Source: a virus
IMG/VR virus record: IMGVR_UViG_3300025012_000045
Span: 36,075 to 100,074 of that record
DNA length: 64,000 bases
Direction: 5' to 3' (one strand)
Part shown: one piece after another, positions 20,028 through 29,225 of the stretch
Position numbering within the stretch: the first letter of the stretch is position 1
Layout of the letters: each line of letters starts with the position of its first letter
The notes under the pieces: model-generated
Told to the model about the DNA's origin: nothing
Databases searched by the model: none
What the model saw: only the letters and a program-made list of their open reading frames with translations
Translations under genes and position numbers: made by a program

Positions 20028-20261
20028 ATGAGTAAAATTGAAGATATAGGTAATGAACAAAGACCTAAGAATACCAGTATTAATAAGGCGAATCAGAATA
20101 ATGAATATGATTCAAATAATCCTGATGCCATTTCAGATGGAGATGAACCAGGAAAAGGGTTAAATAATGGTCAAGCTGGTGGAAAAACCGACATTAAAAG
20201 AAGAGAGGAATTAAAGAAAATTAATTTATTTTCTGGTGCCAATGAGTATCCTCTAGCGTAA
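20028..20261 (+). CDS. small hydrophilic protein
   Basis: ORF after TATTTATA 19947, flanked by hairpins. Confidence 0.7.
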   Translation: MSKIEDIGNEQRPKNTSINKANQNNEYDSNNPDAISDGDEPGKGLNNGQAGGKTDIKRREELKKINLFSGANEYPLA

Positions 20262-20309
20262 TAATGTAACTTTAGTCAATTATTGAGATAAATTGACGTT
20301 TGTTACATT
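20262..20309. terminator. long hairpin between 20028 gene and WYL gene
   Basis: AATGTAAC..GTCAATT / AATTGAC..GTTACATT. Confidence 0.45.
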
Positions 20310-20326
20310 TTATAAATATTTAAAAA

Positions 20327-20728
20327 ATGATGCTATTAGAGGATATATTTAAGGAGATAATTACTGAAACGGTTGCTAGAGATAAAATAAATAGAGCAAT
20401 TGATGAACGTGATGTTGTAACTATATATTATAATGATCCTTCTGATGAGGTGTTAAATGGATATAGACGATGTGAAATTTGGTGCTATGGGCGTAATCAT
20501 TACAATAATGATGTTATTAGGGTATGGATATTACCAAAAAGTGTTTCAAAATCATACCCTCCAGGTAAACCATATGACCCGCTCACATTTAAACCTGGCT
20601 GGCGAATGATGAGGACTGACAGGATCAATAGTATTAGGCGCATAGGGTTGAAGATAAAACAACAAAGACCAAAATTTAATGCTCAAGATAAGGACATGCA
20701 AGTTGTATATAATTATATGAAAATATAA
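20327..20728 (+). CDS. stand-alone WYL-like domain protein with short leader
   Basis: IYY...R.CE..CYG...IRVW...GWRMMRTDRI. Confidence 0.7.
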   Translation: MMLLEDIFKEIITETVARDKINRAIDERDVVTIYYNDPSDEVLNGYRRCEIWCYGRNHYNNDVIRVWILPKSVSKSYPPGKPYDPLTFKPGWRMMRTDRINSIRRIGLKIKQQRPKFNAQDKDMQVVYNYMKI

Positions 20729-20740
20729 TATTTTTTTATT

Positions 20741-21556
20741 ATGGAAAAAACAAAAATATGTATTAAATGTAATATTGAGAAATCAGTAGAAGAGTTCTAT
20801 ATTGATAAAAAACTTAAAGATGGATATCGTAGTTATTGTAAGGTATGTGTAAAAGAAAGTAGTAAAAAATGGAAAGAAAATAATCCTGATAAAGTTAAAG
20901 AAATAAGTAAAAAAAGTAGTAAAAAATGGAAAGAAAATAATCCTGATAAAGTTAAAGAAAGTAAAAGAAAATATAGAGAAAATAATCCTGATAAAGTTAA
21001 AGAAAATAATAAAAAATGGAAAGAAAATAATCCTGATAAAGTTAAAGAAATAAGTAAAAAAAGTAGTAAAAAATGGAAAGAAAATAATCCTGAAAAAGTA
21101 AAAAAAATTAAAAAGATTTGGTATAAAAATAATCCTAAAAAAGTAAAAGAAAATCGTAAAAAATGGAAAGAAAATAATCCTGAAAAAGTAAAAGAAATAA
21201 ATAAAAATTACATTAAAGGAAGAAAGAAAATTGATATCAACTTTAAAATATTAATAAATTTAAGGAGTAGATTAATACACGCATTAAGGGGAAAACTTAA
21301 AGCTGATACTACAAAAAAATTACTGGGCTGTTCAATTGAAATATTAAAACTACATTTGGAAAATCAATTTGATGATAATATGAACTGGGAAAATTATGGA
21401 ATATATTGGGAGATTGATCATATTTTACCCTGCAGTTCGTTTGTTTTAACGGATGAAATAAATCAAGAAAAATGTTTTAATTGGGCAAACTTGCAACCAT
21501 TAACCGTTAAAGATAATAGAGAAAAAAGTGATAAATTAAATTGGAAGAAAATGTAA
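20741..21556 (+). CDS. HNH homing endonuclease with KKWKENNP(D/E)KVKE repeats
   Basis: CxxC...CxxC, tandem repeats, NWENYG.YWEIDHI.P...NLQPL...N. Confidence 0.85.
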   Translation: MEKTKICIKCNIEKSVEEFYIDKKLKDGYRSYCKVCVKESSKKWKENNPDKVKEISKKSSKKWKENNPDKVKESKRKYRENNPDKVKENNKKWKENNPDKVKEISKKSSKKWKENNPEKVKKIKKIWYKNNPKKVKENRKKWKENNPEKVKEINKNYIKGRKKIDINFKILINLRSRLIHALRGKLKADTTKKLLGCSIEILKLHLENQFDDNMNWENYGIYWEIDHILPCSSFVLTDEINQEKCFNWANLQPLTVKDNREKSDKLNWKKM

Positions 21557-21664
21557 AATATAAAAAATATTTAAAAAATGAAGTAGTTGAAGAATATGAT
21601 AAAACAATAATTAAACAATAATAAACTATTTATAAAGACAACAAAAATTAAAAAAAATTAAATT

Positions 21665-22198
21665 ATGGCAACAATACCAGTACCAATAGAACAATTAGCC
21701 CAAAGATTAAACATTGAAGCAATAAGAAAAATAACAGGAAAAGTAGAGAAAAAAGAAGTTAAAGATTTTAAAATAGATAATAAAACACTTTTAGAATCAA
21801 TAAGGACAAGAAGAAAACCAATGAATGCATCAATCACAAAAATGCCAATAGCATTTTATGAAAATATGATGCCATCATTATCAGAAGAAAGAGAGCCACC
21901 TCAAGATAAATTTGAAACCATGAGATTAATCAATGAAAGATTAAGTAATAAAACCTATCCAACATCAGAACCAATTAATAATTATAATGGAAACGGAAAC
22001 GGAAAACAACAACAATCTTTACCTATTTCAGAAGAAAGAATAAGAGAACTCATCAGAGAAGAAATATATAACGTATTAGAGAAAATAGTAAAAAAGGAAA
22101 ATGAAAATAGATTAAATGAAGAGACTATTCAAATAAGGGTGGGGGAATCGTTATTCAGTGGTAAATTAACACCATTAATTAAATTAAATAAAAAATAA
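21665..22198 (+). CDS. hypothetical late protein
   Basis: TATTTATA 21627; several [IL]xE sites. Confidence 0.7.
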   Translation: MATIPVPIEQLAQRLNIEAIRKITGKVEKKEVKDFKIDNKTLLESIRTRRKPMNASITKMPIAFYENMMPSLSEEREPPQDKFETMRLINERLSNKTYPTSEPINNYNGNGNGKQQQSLPISEERIRELIREEIYNVLEKIVKKENENRLNEETIQIRVGESLFSGKLTPLIKLNKK

Positions 22199-22204
22199 AT
22201 AATT

Positions 22205-22606
22205 ATGAATATAGAAAATTTAAATCAAAAAATTGAAGAAGGAATTAAAAAACTGGTCAAAGAGAGGGCTAAATCAAAAAGTCAAAGGAAGTTATTTGCT
22301 TTGGCAAAATCAGTAAAATCTGGTGAAACACTAAGAAGTGAAGTATCAAAAGATGTATTGGATATTGCAGATAAAGTATCTGGAAAAGAAATTGATAAAT
22401 TTGCAAGTACAAAAGAAAAAGGATTACCAGAGAAAGTAAAAAAAGATAAAGTAGAAGAAACAAGTAATGACAATCTTGCACAGGCATATGGTGGAGACAG
22501 TAATTCTTGGCCATCTGGAACTGGGGAATGGAATAATTTAGAAGAAGAAAGTGAAATTCCAACATTAAATCTTGATGATGTTGATTTAACAGAAGATGAC
22601 AAATAA
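22205..22606 (+). CDS. DUF3008-like protein with leader
   Basis: AKSKSQRK...A...KSGE...FASTKEKGLPEKV. Confidence 0.7.
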   Translation: MNIENLNQKIEEGIKKLVKERAKSKSQRKLFALAKSVKSGETLRSEVSKDVLDIADKVSGKEIDKFASTKEKGLPEKVKKDKVEETSNDNLAQAYGGDSNSWPSGTGEWNNLEEESEIPTLNLDDVDLTEDDK

Positions 22607-23534
22607 AATTATAAAAATTAAAGAATCAGAACTAGTTCAATTATTAGTAGAAAGTTTAGGAGTTAATATTGATGTTGACATATTGTCAAAATTTTTAATA
22701 GATTATTTAAAAGATAAAAAATATGACCAACATATAATTAATAAGAATCAATTACTTGAACTAAATAAAGTTAATATAAATAAAATTATTATTGATTATA
22801 GTGATAAAAATCAGGTAGATTATTTTGATATTAAAAAATCAAGGAAAACAAATGATGGTGAAGTTCTTTATTTTCATTTTGACGATTTAAATCCTAATTC
22901 CATATATCATGAAATAAATCATGCATTGCAATTTTTTATTATGGGTAAAGAAAGAAATAAAGAACAATTAACATCAATAAAGGCATCAAGAATATCCAGA
23001 ATTTTTATTGATAAAAATAATGAAGTAATTAAAAGATTTTCTGATTTAATATATAAATCTACCGAGCAAGAAATTAATTCAGAGGTATCTGGTTTATATG
23101 GTGAACTAATAACACATCTTAGAAATAAAGGATGGAAAAAAGGTCAATTTAAAAATGATGAACATTTTAAATTAATATTTGAACAATATGTTAATAATAG
23201 TGAAGCATATAATATTGCATTAAATATGATTAATTATAATATTTTTGAAGAGTTTGATATTAAAAATTTAATAGGTATTGATGATTATGATAAAAGAGTT
23301 TATTTCACTATCATGCAAGATGTGATTAAATCAAAACCTTTTTATAGTGGAATATTAGATTTGTTTAGATTATTTAAAGAATTATTGACATATAAATATA
23401 ATCAAATGTTTAATGTGAATATTTTAACAGAAGAACAAGTTAATTCCTTAATGAAAAAATATCAATTATTTATTAATAAACAGGGAGAAAAATTAAAAAG
23501 AAAATTATTTAGACTATATTATTTATTTTTATAA
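22596..23534 (+). CDS. leader-bearing HExxH (putative zinc metallopeptidase) protein
   Basis: IKIKESELVQLLVE leader; YHEINHA plus downstream EINS. Confidence 0.6.
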   Translation: MTNKIIKIKESELVQLLVESLGVNIDVDILSKFLIDYLKDKKYDQHIINKNQLLELNKVNINKIIIDYSDKNQVDYFDIKKSRKTNDGEVLYFHFDDLNPNSIYHEINHALQFFIMGKERNKEQLTSIKASRISRIFIDKNNEVIKRFSDLIYKSTEQEINSEVSGLYGELITHLRNKGWKKGQFKNDEHFKLIFEQYVNNSEAYNIALNMINYNIFEEFDIKNLIGIDDYDKRVYFTIMQDVIKSKPFYSGILDLFRLFKELLTYKYNQMFNVNILTEEQVNSLMKKYQLFINKQGEKLKRKLFRLYYLFL

Positions 23535-23617
23535 TTTAACTGATATTTATAATAAAATAAATTATGAAAAATAAAAAAATAATAAGATTAACAGAAAGTC
23601 AATTAAAATATTAGATA

Positions 23618-24967
23618 ATGAAAACTAAAGATAAAAAACAAATAATAAAAGAGGAAGCAAGTCCAAGATATTTACCACAATTATCAGCCCCATTCACAGA
23701 TATTGTTAATGGGTTGGAACAAGAAAATATTTCTTGGAGACCTGTAATTGTCAGAGTTGGACAACTTAAACCACTTCAAAATACGGTTGAAGTTTCAAAA
23801 ATGAAAGATATTTCTCAAGAATTTAAAAACGCTGGTGAATATAATATGGATCCCGTTTTCATTTCTAATGATGACTATATTTTGGACGGTCACCATCGGA
23901 CTGCTGGGCTTATTAATTCCCTTGGAAAAGATGCAAAAGTCAAATGTATAAGAATAGATTTGGATGAAAAAGAAGCAGTAAGAACAATGAATAAAATAGA
24001 GGACATATACGAATATAAACAAAAAAATAATAAAAATGTTAAAAGATTAAAAAAATCTGATTTGGAAGAATATGCAAAAAAAGTTATTGAGCAAAATTTG
24101 GAAGAAATTGATTTAAATGATGATGATACTATGAATCATGTTGATTTGTTAGATGAATATGTGGCTTATGCTGAAACCCATCATGAAGATGTAACTATTT
24201 ACAATTTTATTGATTTTACTGATAGAGAGTATCCAGATATAGATCCAAAAATAGTACGTCTGGCAATGAAAGATGTGGAAATAATAGAAAGAGAAAATGA
24301 AGATAATCTTGGAAGAATTTCTGAAAATGATTTGGAAGAAGGTCCAAGAACCCATTCTTCTTTAAGAACACAAAGATTGAAATCTCAACCGGAAAAACAA
24401 TATGCCAAATCACGCATAAGACCAGCAGAAAGAGATTTATCAGAAGAAAATATTGAACAAGAGAAAAATTATGTTGTAAGTGCATTTAATAGAAATACTA
24501 ATCAAAGAGAAATTTTAAATAATCCATCAACAAGAGAAGAAGCGGAGGGATTTAAAAGAGATTATGGAAAAATGGGAATGGGAAAGTATAGTGATTTTCA
24601 AGTTGAACCAAGAGCAGTTTATGATGCCAAAATGGAAAGGCATAGAGGATTTGAAGATTTTTATTCATTAAATGAAAAAGATATTTCAGAAGACAAAATT
24701 AATAAATATTTAAAATTAAAGGAGAAATATGATATAAAAGGTTTACCTTCTGAAGAACTTGATTTGAATGAGCAAGAAAGATTTATGGAAGAATTTAATT
24801 TAGGTGATAATGAAGATAATGTAAATAATCCTGGAAGAAGTGATGAAATAAATAAAAAAAATACTGTAAGATTGTCAGAAATACAATTAAAAGAAATAGT
24901 TGAAAAATTAAAAAAAGAGTATGCAACCCCATCAGTACCTATTGCTAATGAAATGCCTTCTATGTAA
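23618..24967 (+). CDS. ParB/Srx-like N-terminal domain protein; upstream in-frame leader from 23564 cut by TAG
   Basis: LKPLQ...PVFISNDDYILDGHHR; acidic tail rich in [IL]xE. Confidence 0.7.
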   Translation: MKTKDKKQIIKEEASPRYLPQLSAPFTDIVNGLEQENISWRPVIVRVGQLKPLQNTVEVSKMKDISQEFKNAGEYNMDPVFISNDDYILDGHHRTAGLINSLGKDAKVKCIRIDLDEKEAVRTMNKIEDIYEYKQKNNKNVKRLKKSDLEEYAKKVIEQNLEEIDLNDDDTMNHVDLLDEYVAYAETHHEDVTIYNFIDFTDREYPDIDPKIVRLAMKDVEIIERENEDNLGRISENDLEEGPRTHSSLRTQRLKSQPEKQYAKSRIRPAERDLSEENIEQEKNYVVSAFNRNTNQREILNNPSTREEAEGFKRDYGKMGMGKYSDFQVEPRAVYDAKMERHRGFEDFYSLNEKDISEDKINKYLKLKEKYDIKGLPSEELDLNEQERFMEEFNLGDNEDNVNNPGRSDEINKKNTVRLSEIQLKEIVEKLKKEYATPSVPIANEMPSM

Positions 24968-24973
24968 AACTAT

Positions 24974-25102
24974 ATGATTAAAAAAATAAAATATTTTATT
25001 ATTATATTTTTAATATTTTTATTTATTACTAATGGTTGTAGGGTAACTAAATCTGGATCTGGCCCAAAGTTCCCAGGGATTGAACAAAAAAATAAGTTTT
25101 AA
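24974..25102 (+). CDS. small putative lipoprotein (not in ORF track)
   Basis: MIKKIKYFIIIFLIFLFITNGC. Confidence 0.45.
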   Translation: MIKKIKYFIIIFLIFLFITNGCRVTKSGSGPKFPGIEQKNKF

Positions 25103-25141
25103 GGCATTCATTACTATTTATCATTATAAAAGAAATAGTAA

Positions 25142-25834
25142 ATGAAAAATTTATCCCAAAACTGGTTTTTTGATAGACCAATAGACCTTGAACATAAAAC
25201 TTATGTTCTTCTTGATTACCTTCAACAAGTTAATAAATTTTATGAACAAAATAAGTTATATCCATATTTAAAGGAACTTATTTTTCATTATAACAATATT
25301 AATATTTTTTTAAATAATAAAGAAAATTTTAAAAATAAACTTAAAAAAGATTTAATAGAATTTGATTTTGATAATTATTTTTTAAAATATTGTGATTTGG
25401 AAGATATTAATGAATTAAAAGAGGTTGATAATATTTTGAATTATTCTTTTTCAAAACTTAAAGATTATATAGATCAAGGAAAAGAAATTTATAATTTTAT
25501 TGAAAAAAATTTAATAATTGAACCTGTTGGTATTATCCCTATCAATAAACGAGAAGGTTATATACTTATAAAAAATGATAAAAATATTTATGTTTTTAAA
25601 TATGATAATTTTGTTTTGAGAGAAGATAAAGATAACACTATTATTATAAAAACCGAATTTTATAAAATGTTTAATATTAAAATATTTGAAAAGGTAAAAG
25701 AAAAATTGTTGGAGATAAATAAAGAATTACCAAATCCAATGGTTTTTGGGATTGAATCAAAAATTAAATTTCCTTTAATGGAAAGTGTCTTACCTATTGT
25801 GAAAAGAAGAATGTTTAAATTATTGGATATTTAA
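25142..25834 (+). CDS. conserved hypothetical protein
   Basis: 230-aa ORF, WF...IDLEHK.YVLLDYLQ. Confidence 0.7.
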   Translation: MKNLSQNWFFDRPIDLEHKTYVLLDYLQQVNKFYEQNKLYPYLKELIFHYNNINIFLNNKENFKNKLKKDLIEFDFDNYFLKYCDLEDINELKEVDNILNYSFSKLKDYIDQGKEIYNFIEKNLIIEPVGIIPINKREGYILIKNDKNIYVFKYDNFVLREDKDNTIIIKTEFYKMFNIKIFEKVKEKLLEINKELPNPMVFGIESKIKFPLMESVLPIVKRRMFKLLDI

Positions 25835-25855
25835 TTTTAAAAGTTAATAAGGGAA

Positions 25856-26833
25856 TTATTTTCTCGTATCATAATGTTTATTAATTATTTTAAACGATCC
25901 ATTTTTGTGTTTTATAACAACCCCTTCAAATGGTATTTCATCAATTTTTGTAATTACTGAAGAATAGTTTTCAATTAATTCTTTTGATAACATAACATTT
26001 TCTTTCAATAAAGGAACAATTTCAATGTCTAATTCCTTACAAACATCAATATAATAAAATTTTGATCCCTTATTTTCATATTTTTTTTCTTTTAAATTAT
26101 AAACAGAAAAACATGCAAAGGATTTTTGTAATTTTGAATGTGGGTTATATTCTCCTTTTTGTATTCCTTGTCCATAACATTCACCCCTTAATGCTAAACT
26201 AACCTTATGTTTTTCACAAAAATTGATTAATTTATCTTTTATTTTTGGAATGTGCAAAGTATAATTATTTATTGATTCTGGTTTAATTTCAAGATTTCTT
26301 CCACAAACACCAAAAACTTTATCGTCAAAATTATAATAAAATGTACAACTTGTTCCATCAATTTTTAATGTAACATCAACAATTTCTAAAAAAGGTATAT
26401 TTTCAATATTTTCGTAACGTTCTTCATCTGTTGGTCCAAGACCAAAAGGTAAATAACCTTTTGCTTGTAAATCTTGTGGTATTGGTGGTTCATATTTTAT
26501 AACTCCAAGTTCTTTTGAATAATCTTTCCCCATTTCTAAATTTGATGGTAATAAATCTTTAATTAAATCAAGAGGAACAATAATCCCTTCTGACCACTCA
26601 TTTCTTAATTTTATTGCCTTAACTCTTTTGGGGGAATATTTTTTATATGTTTCAGCCCATTTGGAATCCGGTAAAATTGTATCTGGCTGAATAAATATAA
26701 TTTCATTTCCAGATTTATATTGTTCTTTTGGAATGATACATTGAAATCCAAGAACAGTTGCAATTTCCAATTTATCAGCATTTGGATGCTCTGATATTTT
26801 TTGAATTAGCTCAAGAGATGATAATTTTTTCAT
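25856..26833 (-). CDS. ATP-dependent RNA ligase (DRB0094-type, N-terminal tRNA-binding OB fold)
   Basis: HPNADKLE, KIDGTS, GECYG.GIQ, EGVV, FKIIN. Confidence 0.85.
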   Translation of the reverse strand: MKKLSSLELIQKISEHPNADKLEIATVLGFQCIIPKEQYKSGNEIIFIQPDTILPDSKWAETYKKYSPKRVKAIKLRNEWSEGIIVPLDLIKDLLPSNLEMGKDYSKELGVIKYEPPIPQDLQAKGYLPFGLGPTDEERYENIENIPFLEIVDVTLKIDGTSCTFYYNFDDKVFGVCGRNLEIKPESINNYTLHIPKIKDKLINFCEKHKVSLALRGECYGQGIQKGEYNPHSKLQKSFACFSVYNLKEKKYENKGSKFYYIDVCKELDIEIVPLLKENVMLSKELIENYSSVITKIDEIPFEGVVIKHKNGSFKIINKHYDTRK

Positions 26834-26852
26834 ATTTAAATAATTATTTAAA

Positions 26853-27083
26853 TTAGTCATTAAAAAATATTTTAACTAAAATTACAAAACAAACAACAAT
26901 TAGAATAAGTTGAATTCCCATTAAAAAATATAATCCAAGACCCATTAAAATAAGTTCTTGCCAAAACCCCTCTGGTTGAAATAGTGTTCTTGTTAATAGA
27001 TATAACCACGTTGGGATAAATGTTAACCCTATAGTTAATAGAGCAGTTCCTATTTTAATTAAGAAATTTGTTATTTTTTTCAT
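26853..27083 (-). CDS. small membrane protein
   Basis: two hydrophobic helices, PEGFWQ. Confidence 0.7.
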   Translation of the reverse strand: MKKITNFLIKIGTALLTIGLTFIPTWLYLLTRTLFQPEGFWQELILMGLGLYFLMGIQLILIVVCFVILVKIFFND

Positions 27084-27228
27084 TGTTTTTAATGTTTTAA
27101 GTTAATAAATTAATTTTTATTGTTTTAATTTCCTCAAATATTTTAAAAAATTCTTCTGGTTCTTGTAGGTCAAGATTTATTCCAAATGGAGTTCTTCTTA
27201 AATTTTCATATTTTATATGAATTAATAA

Positions 27229-27660
27229 TTAATTATTTTCATATTCAACTAATTGTTCTCTATCATATAGTTCTTTCCAAATTTTCATATTGGTATCAAT
27301 TCCCTGATATGTATTTGATACTATATTATGTCTGCCAAATACATATTTTTTCTTTTTATAATTTTTATAAACTTGATGTGGATTTTTTCTCATATATTTT
27401 GAAACTTTATTAGATAATTTATATTCAAATAAAATATTAAGTTTTTGTTCTTTATTTGTTAAATCTGGGACCAATTCAAATTTGTTTGAATGTATTTTAT
27501 TAAAATGAATTAATATTCTTTTTATGGAGGATAACAAATCATTGAAACTAAATTTATCTACATGGTCTTTTTGGTCTGGATAAAGTTTAATCATAAAATC
27601 AGATAATGATTGTTTATTGGTTAAATCAGGTATGTTAATTTTTGTTTTCATTTTATTCAT
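27229..27660 (-). CDS. hypothetical protein, paralog of 271..543
   Basis: YMRKNPHQVY...FGR...W..LY...QL. Confidence 0.65.
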   Translation of the reverse strand: MNKMKTKINIPDLTNKQSLSDFMIKLYPDQKDHVDKFSFNDLLSSIKRILIHFNKIHSNKFELVPDLTNKEQKLNILFEYKLSNKVSKYMRKNPHQVYKNYKKKKYVFGRHNIVSNTYQGIDTNMKIWKELYDREQLVEYENN

Positions 27661-27862
27661 CGTTAAATTTTATATTTTTAATTACTTTATCCCATTTTTT
27701 AAAAAAACTTTCTTCTTTAATGTTTTCTTTTGATTTCTTTTTAGATTTTGAATTGTTTTTATTTTTTCTGACTATTACCTTAGTAGATTTGAGTTTTTTA
27801 TTGATGAGCATTTTCAATTCAATAAGTTCTGCAATTGACATATTTTTGATTAAGTTTTCCAT
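27653..27862 (-). CDS. small basic protein
   Basis: first ORF after early promoter 27895. Confidence 0.6.
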   Translation of the reverse strand: MENLIKNMSIAELIELKMLINKKLKSTKVIVRKNKNNSKSKKKSKENIKEESFFKKWDKVIKNIKFNDE

Positions 27863-27892
27863 GATTTTTAAGGTTTTGACAGTTAATTATGA

Positions 27893-27925
27893 CACAAAGG
27901 TAAGTAAAATAATTGATATATCCAA
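27893..27925 (-). promoter_or_regulatory. Bacteroidota-type (early) promoter
   Basis: TTGGATATATCAATTATTTTACTTACCTTTGTG on minus. Confidence 0.7.
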
Positions 27926-28016
27926 ATAAAAAATGAATTATTTTTAAAAAAATATTGGATTTTTTCTATTTAAGATATATTTATATCATATAAGATAATA
28001 ATATATTGAATATTTG

Positions 28017-28817
28017 ATGAATAATTTTAAAAATTTGTATGAACAACTGGAGAGAATGGTTGATTTGATTAATTATAATAGTGGGGATTATATTGAAGAA
28101 GATAATGTTGCCATATTATATGAAGGATTAATAAGAACAGTTTCTTTAGGATTGGCAAAAGTAATGTTGAATAGATGGTATAAAACATATAATATCCCCG
28201 ATTATCATGGCGAAGCACTTCAATATAGAAATGTAAATATAAGACAAGACGATACTTTAAGTATGTACATATTAGATGTGGTGGGTGATAAAGAGAAGAT
28301 AGAAGATTTATTATCGTATATTAATAATTTAGGATATGAAGTTTCTTTAATTTTAACTAAAAAAATAAATGGTAATAAAAATGAAACAAAATTTACAAAA
28401 GATAATTTATATTCTTTTGCGGGCCAAAGTAATAATCTAGAATACATATATATTGTTTTGGAAGCAAAATTTGATTTAGAAATAGATGAAAAAGATTGGC
28501 CAGATAAGTTATATCATGTTACAAGACAAGATGTTTTACATAAAATAAAAAAAATAGGAATAACTCCACGAACAGAATCAAAAAAATCAACACATACAGA
28601 AAGAGTTTATTTTGCAAAAAATTATAATTCTGCTAAAATTATTTATCATCAATTTAAAAAAGATTATTCAAATCAGAAATTTGCCATATTAGAAATTAAT
28701 CCAAAATTGGTTAATTATTTAAGATTATTTGACGATCCAAATTTTAAAGGATATGGTTATTATGGGTTGGTGAATGTGCCACCGGATGCAATAAAAATAG
28801 TAAAAGAAAATATATGA
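28017..28817 (+). CDS. leader-bearing ADP-ribosyltransferase-fold (Tpt1/KptA-like) protein
   Basis: LYEQLERMVDLINY leader; LYHVT...I...GI.P...RVYFA...ILEI...NVPP..I. Confidence 0.65.
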   Translation: MNNFKNLYEQLERMVDLINYNSGDYIEEDNVAILYEGLIRTVSLGLAKVMLNRWYKTYNIPDYHGEALQYRNVNIRQDDTLSMYILDVVGDKEKIEDLLSYINNLGYEVSLILTKKINGNKNETKFTKDNLYSFAGQSNNLEYIYIVLEAKFDLEIDEKDWPDKLYHVTRQDVLHKIKKIGITPRTESKKSTHTERVYFAKNYNSAKIIYHQFKKDYSNQKFAILEINPKLVNYLRLFDDPNFKGYGYYGLVNVPPDAIKIVKENI

Positions 28818-28975
28818 AAAATACACAATTTAATTTTAAATTACCCATTGAGTTGTATGATTATTTAAAACATATTTCAGAGAAAGAGTTTACAAATATG
28901 ACCAGATATATAGTCCAACTTATTTTAGAAGATAAGAAAAAGAAAGTTAAAGATTTTATTGATTTAAATAAATAA
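28814..28975 (+). CDS. ribbon-helix-helix-like protein (not in ORF track)
   Basis: QFNFKLPIELYDYLKHISEKEFTNMTRYIVQLI. Confidence 0.65.
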   Translation: MKNTQFNFKLPIELYDYLKHISEKEFTNMTRYIVQLILEDKKKKVKDFIDLNK

Positions 28976-29225
28976 TATAAAATATACATAATCTTGTCGT
29001 AAATTTGGTATATATTTACGACAGAAAATAACATAAAATAATAATTATGATAAGACAAGAACAGGACAAAGAGAATGTTAAAAATATTGTTGCCAAAGAT
29101 AAAAAAGGTGAAAAATTAACATTTGCCGAGAGAAATATTTTAAATATTTTTAATAAAAGAAATAAAAAAAGAAGAAAATAATTTTAATATTTACTTTTTT
29201 TAAAAATTAGTTATATTTAAAAAAT

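Noticed and set aside
20860-21200. CRISPR-like array of ~42-nt repeats
   Set aside because: In-frame coding repeats (KKWKENNPDKVKE) without unique spacers; same at 55340-55610 and 60310-60460.
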